Positions 47,558-57,517 of a stretch of DNA of 64,000 nt are shown in pieces. Made by a program: the position numbers and the translations under genes. How positions within the stretch are numbered: the stretch's first letter is position 1; each line of letters starts with the position of its first letter. Location: the NCBI GenBank assembly GCA_902530535.1, contig CACAAP010000001.1, positions 3,160 through 67,159 on the forward strand, given 5' to 3'. The notes beneath the pieces are model-generated. The model was not told the DNA's origin, ran no database searches, and saw only the letters and a program-made list of their open reading frames with translations. The DNA is from an uncultured Candidatus Poseidoniales archaeon. GTDB taxonomy: Archaea > Thermoplasmatota > Poseidoniia > Poseidoniales > Thalassarchaeaceae.

Positions 47558-49081
47558 TCACCCGAAAATTTCAGTTAATCCACCGTCTAGAATCGATTCT
47601 GATAGTTGTTCGCATTCACTTGTCATCGATCTGTCACCATCCAGTCTATCGACATGGGAACGGACCCAACTGACTAGCTTTCTGACCCCTATCCCTGGGG
47701 ATTCTTCTATGTCCTCTATGGCCTCTGTAGAGCAGATGAATTCATTCGCTAAAACCTGGGACAATAGAATTGACGATTGTAGTGACCTATGTGCTCCCGT
47801 GGCGCCCATTGAAACGTGATCTTCCTTGCCCATGCTAACAGGGACATTGCTAATTGTAGCTGGACTGGAGAGAATATGTAGTTCCGATATGATTGCCGCT
47901 GCTACGTACTGAACAATCATTAGTCCGCTTTCTAATCCCTCATTGCCGGCGAGGAAGGCTTTCTGTCCACTCCAATTTGGGTCAAGGATCTGATTAATCC
48001 TTCTTTCAGAAATACTAGCAAGCTCGTGGCAAGCTACGGCAATGGCGTCACTGGCTAGAGCCAGGTTTTGGCCATGGAAATTGCCCCCGCTGATTATTGA
48101 TGCCCCGTTATCCTCGACAAACACTAGAGGGTTGTCAGTAGCGCTGTTGATTTCTATCTCTAGAATTCTCCTGGTTTCCCTTGTCAGATCCACAACTGGT
48201 CCGTGGACCTGAGGGGCGCATCGAAATGAGTAGGCGTCTTGCACCCTTTCACAGTTCTCATGGGAAATTTCAATGTTTGACTGAGAAAGGAATGCAGAAA
48301 TTCTAGCGGCTGAGATTGATTGTCCGACTTGCGGTCTAGAATCGTGTACTCTCCTATCGAACGGCTTGTGAGAACCTCTAATTGCCTCCACTGAACATGC
48401 GATGGAGGCGTCTGCAGTGAGACACAAGATCTCCATGTTTAGTACAGTTTGTGTGAGGTATGCACACATTTGGCTTGTCCCATTAATCAGGGAGAGTCCC
48501 TCCTTTGCCTGCAGTTTAACTGGTTCCAATCCTGCTTCCTCTAATGCGGTTCGGGAATCCTTGGAGACCCATTTGCCAGCGACTTGCACGAGGCACTCGC
48601 CCTCGCCCATCATTCCCATTGTCATATGGGAGAGTGGAGCTAAGTCTCCTGAAGCTCCTAATGATCCTATTCTGGGTATTGATGGTGCTATTCTTGAGTT
48701 AACCATCCCAAGAAGGGTGTCCACGACAGATGGCCTGATTCCAGATACTCCCTTTGCAAGAGAGTTTGCCCGAATAGTCATCATCATTAGAACAATATCC
48801 GGGTCCATTGTTTCGCCAATTCCACATGCATGACTTCTCACGAGATTGGATTGTAGTTGCTCTAACTCGCTTTCTTCTATGCGGACAGATGAAAGCGCCC
48901 CGAATCCTGTATTTATCCCGTAAACAACTTCTCCTGAGTCCAAGATGTCTTCTACGGCCTTTCTAGAAGCCTGCATCCTCTCTCTTGAATCAGATGAAAG
49001 AGATACTTCCATGGAGCCCAGTGATACGGCCTTGACCATCTCAAGAGTTAGATTATCTCCATCAATGACAACCGTTTCCAT
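47558..49081 (-). CDS. hutH: Histidine ammonia-lyase
   Basis: YGINTGFG, GSLGASGDLAPL (MIO), AKEGLSLINGT, QDAYSFRC, GGNFHG, EDHVSMG. Confidence 0.96.
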   Translation of the reverse strand: METVVIDGDNLTLEMVKAVSLGSMEVSLSSDSRERMQASRKAVEDILDSGEVVYGINTGFGALSSVRIEESELEQLQSNLVRSHACGIGETMDPDIVLMMMTIRANSLAKGVSGIRPSVVDTLLGMVNSRIAPSIPRIGSLGASGDLAPLSHMTMGMMGEGECLVQVAGKWVSKDSRTALEEAGLEPVKLQAKEGLSLINGTSQMCAYLTQTVLNMEILCLTADASIACSVEAIRGSHKPFDRRVHDSRPQVGQSISAARISAFLSQSNIEISHENCERVQDAYSFRCAPQVHGPVVDLTRETRRILEIEINSATDNPLVFVEDNGASIISGGNFHGQNLALASDAIAVACHELASISERRINQILDPNWSGQKAFLAGNEGLESGLMIVQYVAAAIISELHILSSPATISNVPVSMGKEDHVSMGATGAHRSLQSSILLSQVLANEFICSTEAIEDIEESPGIGVRKLVSWVRSHVDRLDGDRSMTSECEQLSESILDGGLTEIFG

Positions 49082-49111
49082 GCATCTGGCGTAGCGGTCT
49101 GTCAAATAGAG

Positions 49112-51127
49112 TCATCGAGTCTTTTCAAACAGGTCATCAAGGATGATGGAATCCACTAATTTTGGTAAGGTCACGTCCAGTTTGGAGTCTTTTTCCATGG
49201 CCTTGGTAATGGCGAAGGTTGCCCCGGCATTCCTAGCCCATGACCTCCTTGCAATTCCATTATTCACGTCCCATGAAATCATCGAGTCTATATTTCTCTC
49301 AGAAACTACTGACCCATCTATTACCATGCCGAAGCCTCCGTTGACTACCTCTCCCCAACCGACTCCTCCACCGTTATGCAGGCTGACCCATGTGGCTCCT
49401 CTGAATGAGTCTCCAACGAAGTTGTGTACTGCCATATCTGCAGTAAACATCGACCCGTCGTAGATATTAGCTGTTTCTCTGTATGGACTGTCCGTACCGG
49501 CTACATCGTGGTGATCACGTCCTAGTACTATCGGTGCGGTGATCAAACCTTCAGAAATGGCCTCATTGAAGCGGAGGGCGATTTGCCTACGGCCTTCCTC
49601 ATCCGCGTACAATATCCTTGCCATACTTCCCACTACCAGATCGTGTTTTTCTGCTTCAGAAATCCACTTGATATTATCCAAGTACTGCGTTCGAATTTCT
49701 TCAGGACATCGAGAAGCAAGGACTTCCAGTACCTCCTGTGCTATTTCGTCAGTCGTTGCGAGATCCTGTTTGTTGCCGGAAGTACAGACCCATCTGAAAG
49801 GACCGAAGCCGTAGTCGAAGCACATCGGCCCCATTATATCCTCAACATATGAGGGGTATCTGAATGAGCCGTCTTCTGAGAATACCTCAGCATCGGCTCT
49901 TCCAGATTCAAGTAAGAAAGCGTTCCCATAGTCCCAGAACCTGGTTCCCATCTCAGATAGATTGTTTACAGCATTGACGTGCCTATTCAGAGAGGATTGA
50001 ACTAATCCTCTGAATTTTTTGGGATCTGAGCTTAGTAGAGAAATGCCATCTTCGAATGAAATGCCTGCCGGCATATATCCACCGAGCCAGGGGTTGTGTA
50101 GACTTGTCTGATCGCTGGCTAAATCGGGGGTGATTCCCCTCTCTATAAGATACTCCAGCAAGTCGACAATGTTTCCTAGGTATCCCAACGATACCGCTTC
50201 CGAATTAGCGACTGCTGTCTCGGCTCTATTGCAAAGTTCATCAAGGTCATCGAATAACTCAGTTAACCAGCCCTGAGTGTGACGCTTTCTAGCAGGGGTT
50301 GGATCTATCTCAGCAATGATACAGACGGCTCCGGCAATGACTGCAGCCTTAGCCTGAGCGCCAGACATCCCTCCTAATCCAGAAGTCACATAGAGGACCC
50401 CTCCGAGGCCACTCTCAGATGTCTTACCGAGGTATTTCCTAGCAGCGTTAAGTATCGTAATTGTAGTGCCGTGAACGATTCCCTGAGGGCCGATATACAT
50501 GTAAGATCCAGCTGTCATCTGCCCAAACTGGGACACTCCTAATGCATTCATTCTCTCGTAGTCTTGCTGTGAAGAATGGTTTGGTATGACCATGCCATTT
50601 GTAATAACTACTCGCGGGGATTCTGATGATGATGGGAATAGCCCCAGGGGGTGTCCCGAATACATCACCAATGTCTGGTCTTCCTCCATTTTGGATAGGT
50701 ACTCCATTGTCACGAGGTACTGAGCCCAATTCTGGAATACGGAGCCGTTTCCACCGTAAGTTATCAGTTCGTGGGGGTATTGAGCGACTTTTGGGTCGAG
50801 GTTGTTCTGAATCATCAGCATTATTGCAGCGGCACTCTTACTATTGGACTTGTATTCGTGGATAGATCTTGAGCGGATTTCATGGTCTGGTCTGAATCTG
50901 TGCATGTATATGTGACCAAGACTATCCAGTTCCTCGAGAAAATCTGTAGCAAGTTCCTTGTGCCATTTCTCTGGGAAGTATCTAAGTGAGTTCTCAACTG
51001 CTAGCCTTCTCTCTTTTTGAGTGAGAATCTGAGGCCTAACCGGAGCATGCGGAACTGAATCGTCCGTATCCCTTTTTGGAGGCAGAGATTCTGGAATTCC
51101 ATATTTCTCATGGTTTCCGGCCGACAT
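49112..51127 (-). CDS. hutU: Urocanate hydratase (long form)
   Basis: NNLDPKVAQYPHELITYGG, GQMTAGSYMYIGPQGIVHGT, GLGGMSGAQ, DQTSLHN, GRDHHD. Confidence 0.96.
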   Translation of the reverse strand: MSAGNHEKYGIPESLPPKRDTDDSVPHAPVRPQILTQKERRLAVENSLRYFPEKWHKELATDFLEELDSLGHIYMHRFRPDHEIRSRSIHEYKSNSKSAAAIMLMIQNNLDPKVAQYPHELITYGGNGSVFQNWAQYLVTMEYLSKMEEDQTLVMYSGHPLGLFPSSSESPRVVITNGMVIPNHSSQQDYERMNALGVSQFGQMTAGSYMYIGPQGIVHGTTITILNAARKYLGKTSESGLGGVLYVTSGLGGMSGAQAKAAVIAGAVCIIAEIDPTPARKRHTQGWLTELFDDLDELCNRAETAVANSEAVSLGYLGNIVDLLEYLIERGITPDLASDQTSLHNPWLGGYMPAGISFEDGISLLSSDPKKFRGLVQSSLNRHVNAVNNLSEMGTRFWDYGNAFLLESGRADAEVFSEDGSFRYPSYVEDIMGPMCFDYGFGPFRWVCTSGNKQDLATTDEIAQEVLEVLASRCPEEIRTQYLDNIKWISEAEKHDLVVGSMARILYADEEGRRQIALRFNEAISEGLITAPIVLGRDHHDVAGTDSPYRETANIYDGSMFTADMAVHNFVGDSFRGATWVSLHNGGGVGWGEVVNGGFGMVIDGSVVSERNIDSMISWDVNNGIARRSWARNAGATFAITKAMEKDSKLDVTLPKLVDSIILDDLFEKTR

Positions 51128-51747
51128 TACCACTCCAACCTTTTGTTAACCATCAATGCTACAATATTTGCTGATTTTATCGACTGCTCAACGGCTGTGT
51201 TTATCTTCGAAGTGAGTAAGTCCACATCTTCCCCTTCGATGTACTCCAAATTGATTCTAACGTTCAATGATGCAATCTTCGCCGCTGAAAGAGCCATCTC
51301 GGAAGCAGAGGCCAGGTCAGTAAGTGCATTGGGGTTGCAAGAAGCGGATTGTTTTTCGAGATTGGATAGTAGTTTTTGAGCGCTCGATGCAGTATTGAGT
51401 GGTGCCAATGCAGCCCCAATGGTGGCGTTCCTTATTTCCTCAGATCGTTGTTTTTTCTCGTCTTCTGATTCCTTAGGTAGGCGGTATGCAGACATAACTG
51501 ATTCGAATGCTTCAGAGTCTGAGATAGCCAGAAGAATTGCCTCTTCCAAAGCCGGTTCTGATAGTTCTATCGAAGCCTTTGCGGCATCGTGACCTTCTAT
51601 CCACTTCTCCTTCGCCAACGTCAGTCTCGCCACCATCAACGACAATGAGTGTGCGTGAGCCAAGGAGAGCGCTGCGACCGAGCCGCCCCCAGGCGTTGGT
51701 TCTGAACTGGCTATAGACCTTAGAACATCCATGTAACCCTCGTTCAT
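51127..51747 (-). CDS. Formiminotetrahydrofolate cyclodeaminase
   Basis: PTPGGGSVAA, AYRLPK, NPNALTD, NVRINL. Coupled to both neighbours by overlapping start/stop codons. Confidence 0.9.
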   Translation of the reverse strand: MNEGYMDVLRSIASSEPTPGGGSVAALSLAHAHSLSLMVARLTLAKEKWIEGHDAAKASIELSEPALEEAILLAISDSEAFESVMSAYRLPKESEDEKKQRSEEIRNATIGAALAPLNTASSAQKLLSNLEKQSASCNPNALTDLASASEMALSAAKIASLNVRINLEYIEGEDVDLLTSKINTAVEQSIKSANIVALMVNKRLEW

Positions 51748-52781
51748 CAAATCACCTTTTTGATTGCCCATTCGATTATGCTTGACTCTGGCTCGAAGTC
51801 ATCTAGCATGTCTAGCATTAGGCCAGATATGGCTTTTTGTACAAGCACTTTTTCATCGACTATGGAATCATCGTCGATGTAGAATCTCCCTGCAGAAAGC
51901 ATTGCTTCTAGCGGCACTAAACCCACCAGCTCGCCTGCTGTTACGTTAAGTCCCATAATGGAGGCCTCCTTCCTGATTGCCTCCGTGACATCGTGAAGTC
52001 CGGTTACAGAGAAATCTAGTAGATTCATGGATACTTGTGCTGTAGATTCATCGTACATCCAACCGGCAGCCTGTAGTGATTTGAAGAGACCGGGTTTTCT
52101 AAGAGGCTTGCCATCTTCACCGATGATTTTCTGTCCTTGTTCGTCTTTAACCAGTGATCCGCTAGTCCTTATCGATGAGGCAATAGTATTTGCTTTGGCC
52201 TTATCATCGGAATCAAGATTGAGATTGTAAGCAATGAGAATTTGACGGGCTCCCGTAGCCGTGACTCCCATTCTGGAATTGAATGAGGAAGGGCCAAAGT
52301 CTGGAGCCCAATCAGGATCTGAAATTTTTTCTTCAAATCCTTCATATTCGCCTCTTCTAATATTTGGAAGACTTACTCTATTTGGATTTGTAGCGGCCTC
52401 CGCATATAGGTAAATGGGAAGATCCAGTTCGTGGGAGACTGACTCGGCATATCTCTTTGAGAGATTAACACACTGTTCCATTGAAATTCCGGATATCGGG
52501 ATGAATGGGACTACATCCACAGCTCCCATCCTAGCGTGCTCACCCGTGTGCTTGCTCATGTCTATTATGCTGGTCGCGATTCTAGTACACTCGATCACTG
52601 TTTTGAGTACCTGTTCTGGCTCGCCCACGATCGTGACTACCGTCCTGTTGAAATCTGCGCCCATATCTACATCCAGCAGGTGGACTCCCATCTCATCGAG
52701 AATAGGTTGTGTAATCTGGTCGATAATCTGCTGGTCCTTGCCCTCACTGAAATTTGGTACACACTCTACAAGTTGAGCCAT
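51747..52781 (-). CDS. ftcd: Glutamate formimidoyltransferase
   Basis: LVECVPNFSEG, NRTVVT, HARMGAVDVVPF, GARQILIAYN, QVSMNL, ELVGLVP. Confidence 0.94.
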   Translation of the reverse strand: MAQLVECVPNFSEGKDQQIIDQITQPILDEMGVHLLDVDMGADFNRTVVTIVGEPEQVLKTVIECTRIATSIIDMSKHTGEHARMGAVDVVPFIPISGISMEQCVNLSKRYAESVSHELDLPIYLYAEAATNPNRVSLPNIRRGEYEGFEEKISDPDWAPDFGPSSFNSRMGVTATGARQILIAYNLNLDSDDKAKANTIASSIRTSGSLVKDEQGQKIIGEDGKPLRKPGLFKSLQAAGWMYDESTAQVSMNLLDFSVTGLHDVTEAIRKEASIMGLNVTAGELVGLVPLEAMLSAGRFYIDDDSIVDEKVLVQKAISGLMLDMLDDFEPESSIIEWAIKKVI

Positions 52782-52816
52782 GTGTATCGGGAGGGCCTCT
52801 TCATCAAGACCTTTCC

Positions 52817-54049
52817 TTAGGTGTATATTCCCTCAGAGTTTGAGTCATTGGGGGTCTTCCTGTTATCTTGTACCTTCTTAATTGCTAGAACAAAATCCTC
52901 TTTGTTTACGGATTTCCTGTTATCCGAAATGGCTGAGATTCCTGCTTCCAAGACGGCAGACTTGATTTCCGCACCACTGAATCCCTCAGTCATAGATGCT
53001 AGTTTGCGGTCATCGACACCCGTTCCCTTAGGCATTTCACCGCAATGAACTCGGAAAATCGCCTCTCGAGCATCTACTTCGGGTAGCGGTATCTTGATGA
53101 TCCTGTCAAACCTTCCTGGTCTAAGCAAAGCTGCATCCAGAAGTTCAGGACGATTTGTGGCAGCAATCACCTTCACGTCGTCCAGACTGTCGAAACCGTC
53201 TATCTCTGACAGCAGCTGCATCAGCGTCCTTTGAACTTCGCGATCGCCTGACGTGGAAACATCGAGTCTCTTTGAGCCAATTGAGTCTATCTCGTCTATG
53301 AAGATGATGGAAGGCGACTTTTGTCTTGCCATCTCGAATAGTTCTCTGACCATCCTGCCTCCTTCTCCTATGTACTTCTGGGCTAGTTCCGCTCCTACTA
53401 GACCTAGGAAAGTAGCGTTCGTAGAGTTGGCGACGGCCTTCGCTAGCATGGTCTTACCTGTCCCAGGCGGACCTGTCAGAAGAACTCCCTTGGGCGGCTC
53501 AATTCCCATGTCGGAGAACGCCTTCGGATTTTCGAACGGTAGCTCGATTGCTTCTTTGAGCTCCTTGATCTGAGGCTCTAAACCCCCTATAGAGGAATAA
53601 GGGACGTCGGGAGTGTCGATAATCTCGGTATTGCTAACCAGAGGGTCCCAGGAGTCAGCGAGTATCTCGACCACGGAAAGAGTATCCTGATTGAGTGCTA
53701 CTCTAGTTCCGGGTTTTATTTTCGACCTATCCAGACGACGATTCACAGAGACTAGGAATACTGTGCCATTTGAGCTTCTGACAATGGCCTGCTCATCTAC
53801 TACGTCCTGGATGAAGCCGACAATTAATGGAGGAGTTCGAATGTTGCTGAGTTCCTCCTCGAGTCTGTTTGAGCGCTTCTTCAGTTGGTTCATCTCGTTC
53901 TCCAGGAATAGCTTCTCCGTCAACAACTGTTGTGCCTTCTCAGAGAGATCCTGATAGTCCTTAGTGAGGCGGTCTAGAGCGGCTCTGTTTGGATCGCCTT
54001 TTTCCAGTATATTGTCGTCCGAGCTAGGCTCACCGGCCTCTGAAGACAT
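52817..54049 (-). CDS. pan: Proteasome-activating nucleotidase
   Basis: N-terminal coiled coil plus PPL OB domain, GPPGTGKT, FIDEID, DREVQRTL, RPGRFDR, C-terminal HbYX motif (IYT). Confidence 0.95.
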   Translation of the reverse strand: MSSEAGEPSSDDNILEKGDPNRAALDRLTKDYQDLSEKAQQLLTEKLFLENEMNQLKKRSNRLEEELSNIRTPPLIVGFIQDVVDEQAIVRSSNGTVFLVSVNRRLDRSKIKPGTRVALNQDTLSVVEILADSWDPLVSNTEIIDTPDVPYSSIGGLEPQIKELKEAIELPFENPKAFSDMGIEPPKGVLLTGPPGTGKTMLAKAVANSTNATFLGLVGAELAQKYIGEGGRMVRELFEMARQKSPSIIFIDEIDSIGSKRLDVSTSGDREVQRTLMQLLSEIDGFDSLDDVKVIAATNRPELLDAALLRPGRFDRIIKIPLPEVDAREAIFRVHCGEMPKGTGVDDRKLASMTEGFSGAEIKSAVLEAGISAISDNRKSVNKEDFVLAIKKVQDNRKTPNDSNSEGIYT

Positions 54050-54119
54050 GGTTCTGACACAAAGAGGATACTTATGACCCCTACGAAGCCCTCATGTTGC
54101 CCTCATGCCTCGCTATAGC

Positions 54120-54683
54120 ATGGGTGCTTGCGAGCTCTGCGGAAAGGAAGGAGTGGGCACTAGGAGGGCAAAGGTATCGCAATCCGTTCTGGAATGCTGC
54201 TCTGGATGCATAGCTTCGATGGGATTGGTAGTAGAGCAAAGGCCGACGAAGGTAATCCAGAATAATGAGCAATCGAGCCTGGTGACCGGCAAGGGGGTTT
54301 CAGGAATAGACATCATGACCAAGGATGCAACGGAGCTTGCAGGAGATTTTCATGCGAGAATAAGGAATGGCAGGAAAATCAAGGGCTTGTCGCAGGAAGA
54401 TTTAGCGAGAATCATGAATGTCAAGATAGGAGTAATCCAGAAGGCGGAGAATGGGAATAGGCCAACCGATTCCACTTTGGAAAAATTCGAGAGGTCTTTG
54501 GGGATTTCGCTTTTCGTAGAAGCCATATCAAGAAGCAATACCATGGTGGCAAATGAGTCATCGAGTCAAATGACCATCTCTGATGCTAAGAATGACGTAG
54601 CGAACAAGACTAGGAAAAGGCCTGAAAAGAAGAAGCGTCATCGATTTGGAGTTTCTAGATCTGGTTCTCGTTCCAGGAGATAG
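54120..54683 (+). CDS. Archaeal multiprotein bridging factor aMBF1 (Zn ribbon + HTH)
   Basis: CELCG...CSGC, GLSQEDLA..MNVK.GVIQKAENG. Divergent from pan. Confidence 0.85.
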   Translation: MGACELCGKEGVGTRRAKVSQSVLECCSGCIASMGLVVEQRPTKVIQNNEQSSLVTGKGVSGIDIMTKDATELAGDFHARIRNGRKIKGLSQEDLARIMNVKIGVIQKAENGNRPTDSTLEKFERSLGISLFVEAISRSNTMVANESSSQMTISDAKNDVANKTRKRPEKKKRHRFGVSRSGSRSRR

Positions 54684-54687
54684 TATC

Positions 54688-55212
54688 GTGCAAAGCGTAC
54701 CCCTACATGTTATTCATCTAGATCAGGATGATCCGAAGAAGTGCACATCTAGAAAGTTGCATCAGAGTGGTCTGATAAATCTCCATGAATCGGCTAATTC
54801 TGCACCCAGGAGAGGGTACTTGTTGGACCCTCGTGCTAAGACTGTACTAGCTCCAGAAGATGGTGGCCTAATTTCGTTGGGCGGTTCGATTGTAGTGCTT
54901 GACTGCTCGTGGAAACATATAGAGGAGTCTCTAGATTTGATTGACGGTAGAACCAGACTGGAAGGGAGGATTCTGCCGTTGCTGCTTGCTGCGAATCCAG
55001 TTTCTTGGGGCAAGGTGGGGAGGCTCTCGTCTGCAGAGGCTCTTGGAGCCTCATTAGCCATTTTAGGACTATGGGAGCAAGCGAGGGCTGTTGTGGAGCC
55101 ATTCCCTTTCGGAAATCAATTCTTGGATTTGAACAGGGAGCCATTGGAAGCTTACTCAACTGCAGATTCAAGGACAGACATCCTAGAAATCCAGACTGAA
55201 TTCTTCAATTGA
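54688..55212 (+). CDS. tsr3: 16S rRNA aminocarboxypropyltransferase Tsr3 (DUF367)
   Basis: QDDPKKCTSRKL, LDCSW, RILPLLLAANPV.WG..LSSAEA. Confidence 0.92.
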   Translation: MQSVPLHVIHLDQDDPKKCTSRKLHQSGLINLHESANSAPRRGYLLDPRAKTVLAPEDGGLISLGGSIVVLDCSWKHIEESLDLIDGRTRLEGRILPLLLAANPVSWGKVGRLSSAEALGASLAILGLWEQARAVVEPFPFGNQFLDLNREPLEAYSTADSRTDILEIQTEFFN

Positions 55213-55240
55213 GAGGATACTCTCGACGGTGTTTCGTGTA

Positions 55241-55266
55241 CAGATCGGGGGGTCCCCCCCGACCTG
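55241..55266. terminator. GC-rich hairpin between convergent genes
   Basis: tcggggg...cccccga inverted repeat with cag/ctg extension, followed by a T-rich run. Confidence 0.45.
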
Positions 55267-55288
55267 CTTTCGTTCTTATCTGTTATTG

Positions 55289-55678
55289 TTAATCATCTGA
55301 GTACTCTGTAACCCTGATGCCGAGCTTGCCCGTACGGGCCTTCCTCGTCATCACCCTGTCCATCTTCTTGTGGAACTCACCTTCTAGATCCACTTCCATG
55401 GCAAGCGAGTGCCCTAGGAGGAGGATGAGTAGGTCTGCTAGCTCCTCGGCTGCCTCCTCGTCTGGCTTGCCCTTGGTGATTGCAGCTGAGAGTTCGCCAA
55501 GCTCCTCTACAGTCAATGCGATGCGGAATCCCATATCGTGACCATGGTTCTCTTCGGATGAGAATCGGTGCTTGTGGTGGAAACTGGCAACTCTGGACAT
55601 CATGGTAAGCCATGATCCATCGGGAATATCGGAATGCTCTACACTCAACCAATCATCAACGCTCAGCCTTCTGGACAT
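55289..55678 (-). CDS. MazG-like nucleotide pyrophosphohydrolase
   Basis: EELGEL...EELADL. Confidence 0.85.
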   Translation of the reverse strand: MSRRLSVDDWLSVEHSDIPDGSWLTMMSRVASFHHKHRFSSEENHGHDMGFRIALTVEELGELSAAITKGKPDEEAAEELADLLILLLGHSLAMEVDLEGEFHKKMDRVMTRKARTGKLGIRVTEYSDD

Positions 55679-55717
55679 GGTTCTGCTACACGCTAGGGGA
55701 CCATCAAGGTAGTGATT

Positions 55718-56479
55718 TCATAATTCTCCACTTAGCAGTGCAATAATGCAATGAGACACCAAATCACGCATATTTGATGCCATTGAATCGACCGATTCGT
55801 GGTCTATCTCCGCATCGGGTTCGCCCGGAGTCCGTCCTGCAGCCCAGTTAGAAGAACAGAGCAATGACACGTGAGGAATGCCTGTCTCGGATACCAACCT
55901 CTGCTCGGGACCAAGAGTCATACCTACCACATTGGCCCCTAGTCTCTCTAGTGCATCTATCTCGTGGGGACTCTCGAATTGGGGTCCGATGCACTGGGCC
56001 ACCACTACCCTTGGTGGGGCGCTTCCTTGTTTGACAGTCAGAGTTTGCGCGCAAATTTCTGAGTAGAGGTCGTCGAATGGGTTGGTTCTATCGGAATGAA
56101 ACGCATCCTCGTCGTGGAAAGTCCATGGCTTTTCTGAGAGGTCCAGCATACCACTGCCGACCCCTATTGTCCCCGGAGGCATAGTTTCAATCATTGAGCC
56201 AACAGAGTTGACGCTGACCAACAAATCCGGTTTGCAACTCGATGCAGCATGGACGTTTGCCCTATGTTCGATAGCATGTGGCGGGGTTCTTGATTCTCCA
56301 GGAGAGTGGTGCCTGTCTATGACAAATACATCCGCATTGGCCGTACTGACTACGTTTATGGGGACTTCTCCCCATTCGGATTCGACGACAATTAGCTCCG
56401 AAGTTGCTTCTACGGAGGATGACAGGGCCGTGGAGAAAGCACTCATGCCAGTTCCGCACAGCACCGCTATGCGGTTCAT
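55718..56479 (-). CDS. MTAP family purine nucleoside phosphorylase
   Basis: CGTG, RH...PPHAIEHRAN, GPQFESPHE, VVGMT, SNWAAG. Confidence 0.88.
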   Translation of the reverse strand: MNRIAVLCGTGMSAFSTALSSSVEATSELIVVESEWGEVPINVVSTANADVFVIDRHHSPGESRTPPHAIEHRANVHAASSCKPDLLVSVNSVGSMIETMPPGTIGVGSGMLDLSEKPWTFHDEDAFHSDRTNPFDDLYSEICAQTLTVKQGSAPPRVVVAQCIGPQFESPHEIDALERLGANVVGMTLGPEQRLVSETGIPHVSLLCSSNWAAGRTPGEPDAEIDHESVDSMASNMRDLVSHCIIALLSGEL

Positions 56480-56483
56480 CTCC

Positions 56484-57386
56484 TCACTCCGTGAGTCGTG
56501 CTATCAGGTCTGCCTTCTTGCCGGAGACAGGTAGGCCTTCTTTCTTCAGCAGTTCCTTTAGTTGTGCTACGGTCATAGATCCAAAATCTGGTTGTGCGTC
56601 TTCTGATGTATCCTCCACCTTTGGAGGGGCTTCATCTCCGGCCTGAGCATCAGTCGTAACCTCATTGTCTTCGGTCTCTGTTGAGTCAAGGGATTCTTGG
56701 GTTTCATCGAGAGATTCGTGGGTTTCCTTGGCTTCCTTCTCCTCAGCCTTAATTTCCTCCAGAGTCGGGCCATCATCCACCACTACACCTTCCTGAATAA
56801 GCTGACTTCTCCTGAAGAATACTGCTCTTACCGGTTGAATCTTGGAGATTGCAGTAGATACGCTCTCCTCTAACGAACCGTCCATGAGTGCCTTCTGGAC
56901 ATTAATCCAAGTAGACTGCGCGCAGAACTTCAGTACTACGTCTCTAGCTACGCTGCGAGTCTCGCTCTTCTGACTGGCCTTTACGCTAGATCGGGTCACG
57001 ATGAATGGCTTGATTCGAACGAAGAAGCCGTCATCGGTAACCACATCTATTGTATCATCTATCTTTCCCCTGTCTCTCCTGATCTGGCGCCTTACAAAGT
57101 CCTTCATAACGTCATGACCAATGAACTCGGTTATTGCGTCGTTGCCGACCACATCAGATATCCTAAACTTGAGTTTGACATGCATCTTGGTGAAGTCACC
57201 ATCAAGTTCGTTCTGCATTATCTCGTAGGGACGCCCTATTAGCAACGCCTCCTCCTCTGCCAGGGTTTCCCCTATCACCTTGAAGGACCATGGGTTTCTA
57301 GGGGCTCTTATCGAGTACCATCTCTTGGCCTTCCACTTGTCTTTCTGCCTGCGAGCCGCTGCTCTAGCCGATGCGCCTTTGGCCAT
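56484..57386 (-). CDS. rps3ae: 30S ribosomal protein S3Ae (eS1) with C-terminal acidic linker and SAP domain
   Basis: KDKWKAKRWY.I.AP, KLKFRI, DVVTDDG. C-terminal MTVAQLKELLKKEGLPVSGKKADLIARL. Confidence 0.93.
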   Translation of the reverse strand: MAKGASARAAARRQKDKWKAKRWYSIRAPRNPWSFKVIGETLAEEEALLIGRPYEIMQNELDGDFTKMHVKLKFRISDVVGNDAITEFIGHDVMKDFVRRQIRRDRGKIDDTIDVVTDDGFFVRIKPFIVTRSSVKASQKSETRSVARDVVLKFCAQSTWINVQKALMDGSLEESVSTAISKIQPVRAVFFRRSQLIQEGVVVDDGPTLEEIKAEEKEAKETHESLDETQESLDSTETEDNEVTTDAQAGDEAPPKVEDTSEDAQPDFGSMTVAQLKELLKKEGLPVSGKKADLIARLTE

Positions 57387-57517
57387 TGAATTGTCTCCAT
57401 AATCCGGGGGCTGCCCCGTTTGCGAGCCGTGCGAACTACAACCAGTATTTGAACGGAGTGCTACGAATTGTTTCTTGAATGGGTGGCATTCAAGACATGT
57501 TCCGGATAGGCGAAGAC

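Noticed and set aside
52817..55212. pan-aMBF1-tsr3 linkage
   Set aside because: The pan-aMBF1 association is already a recognised conserved archaeal neighbourhood.
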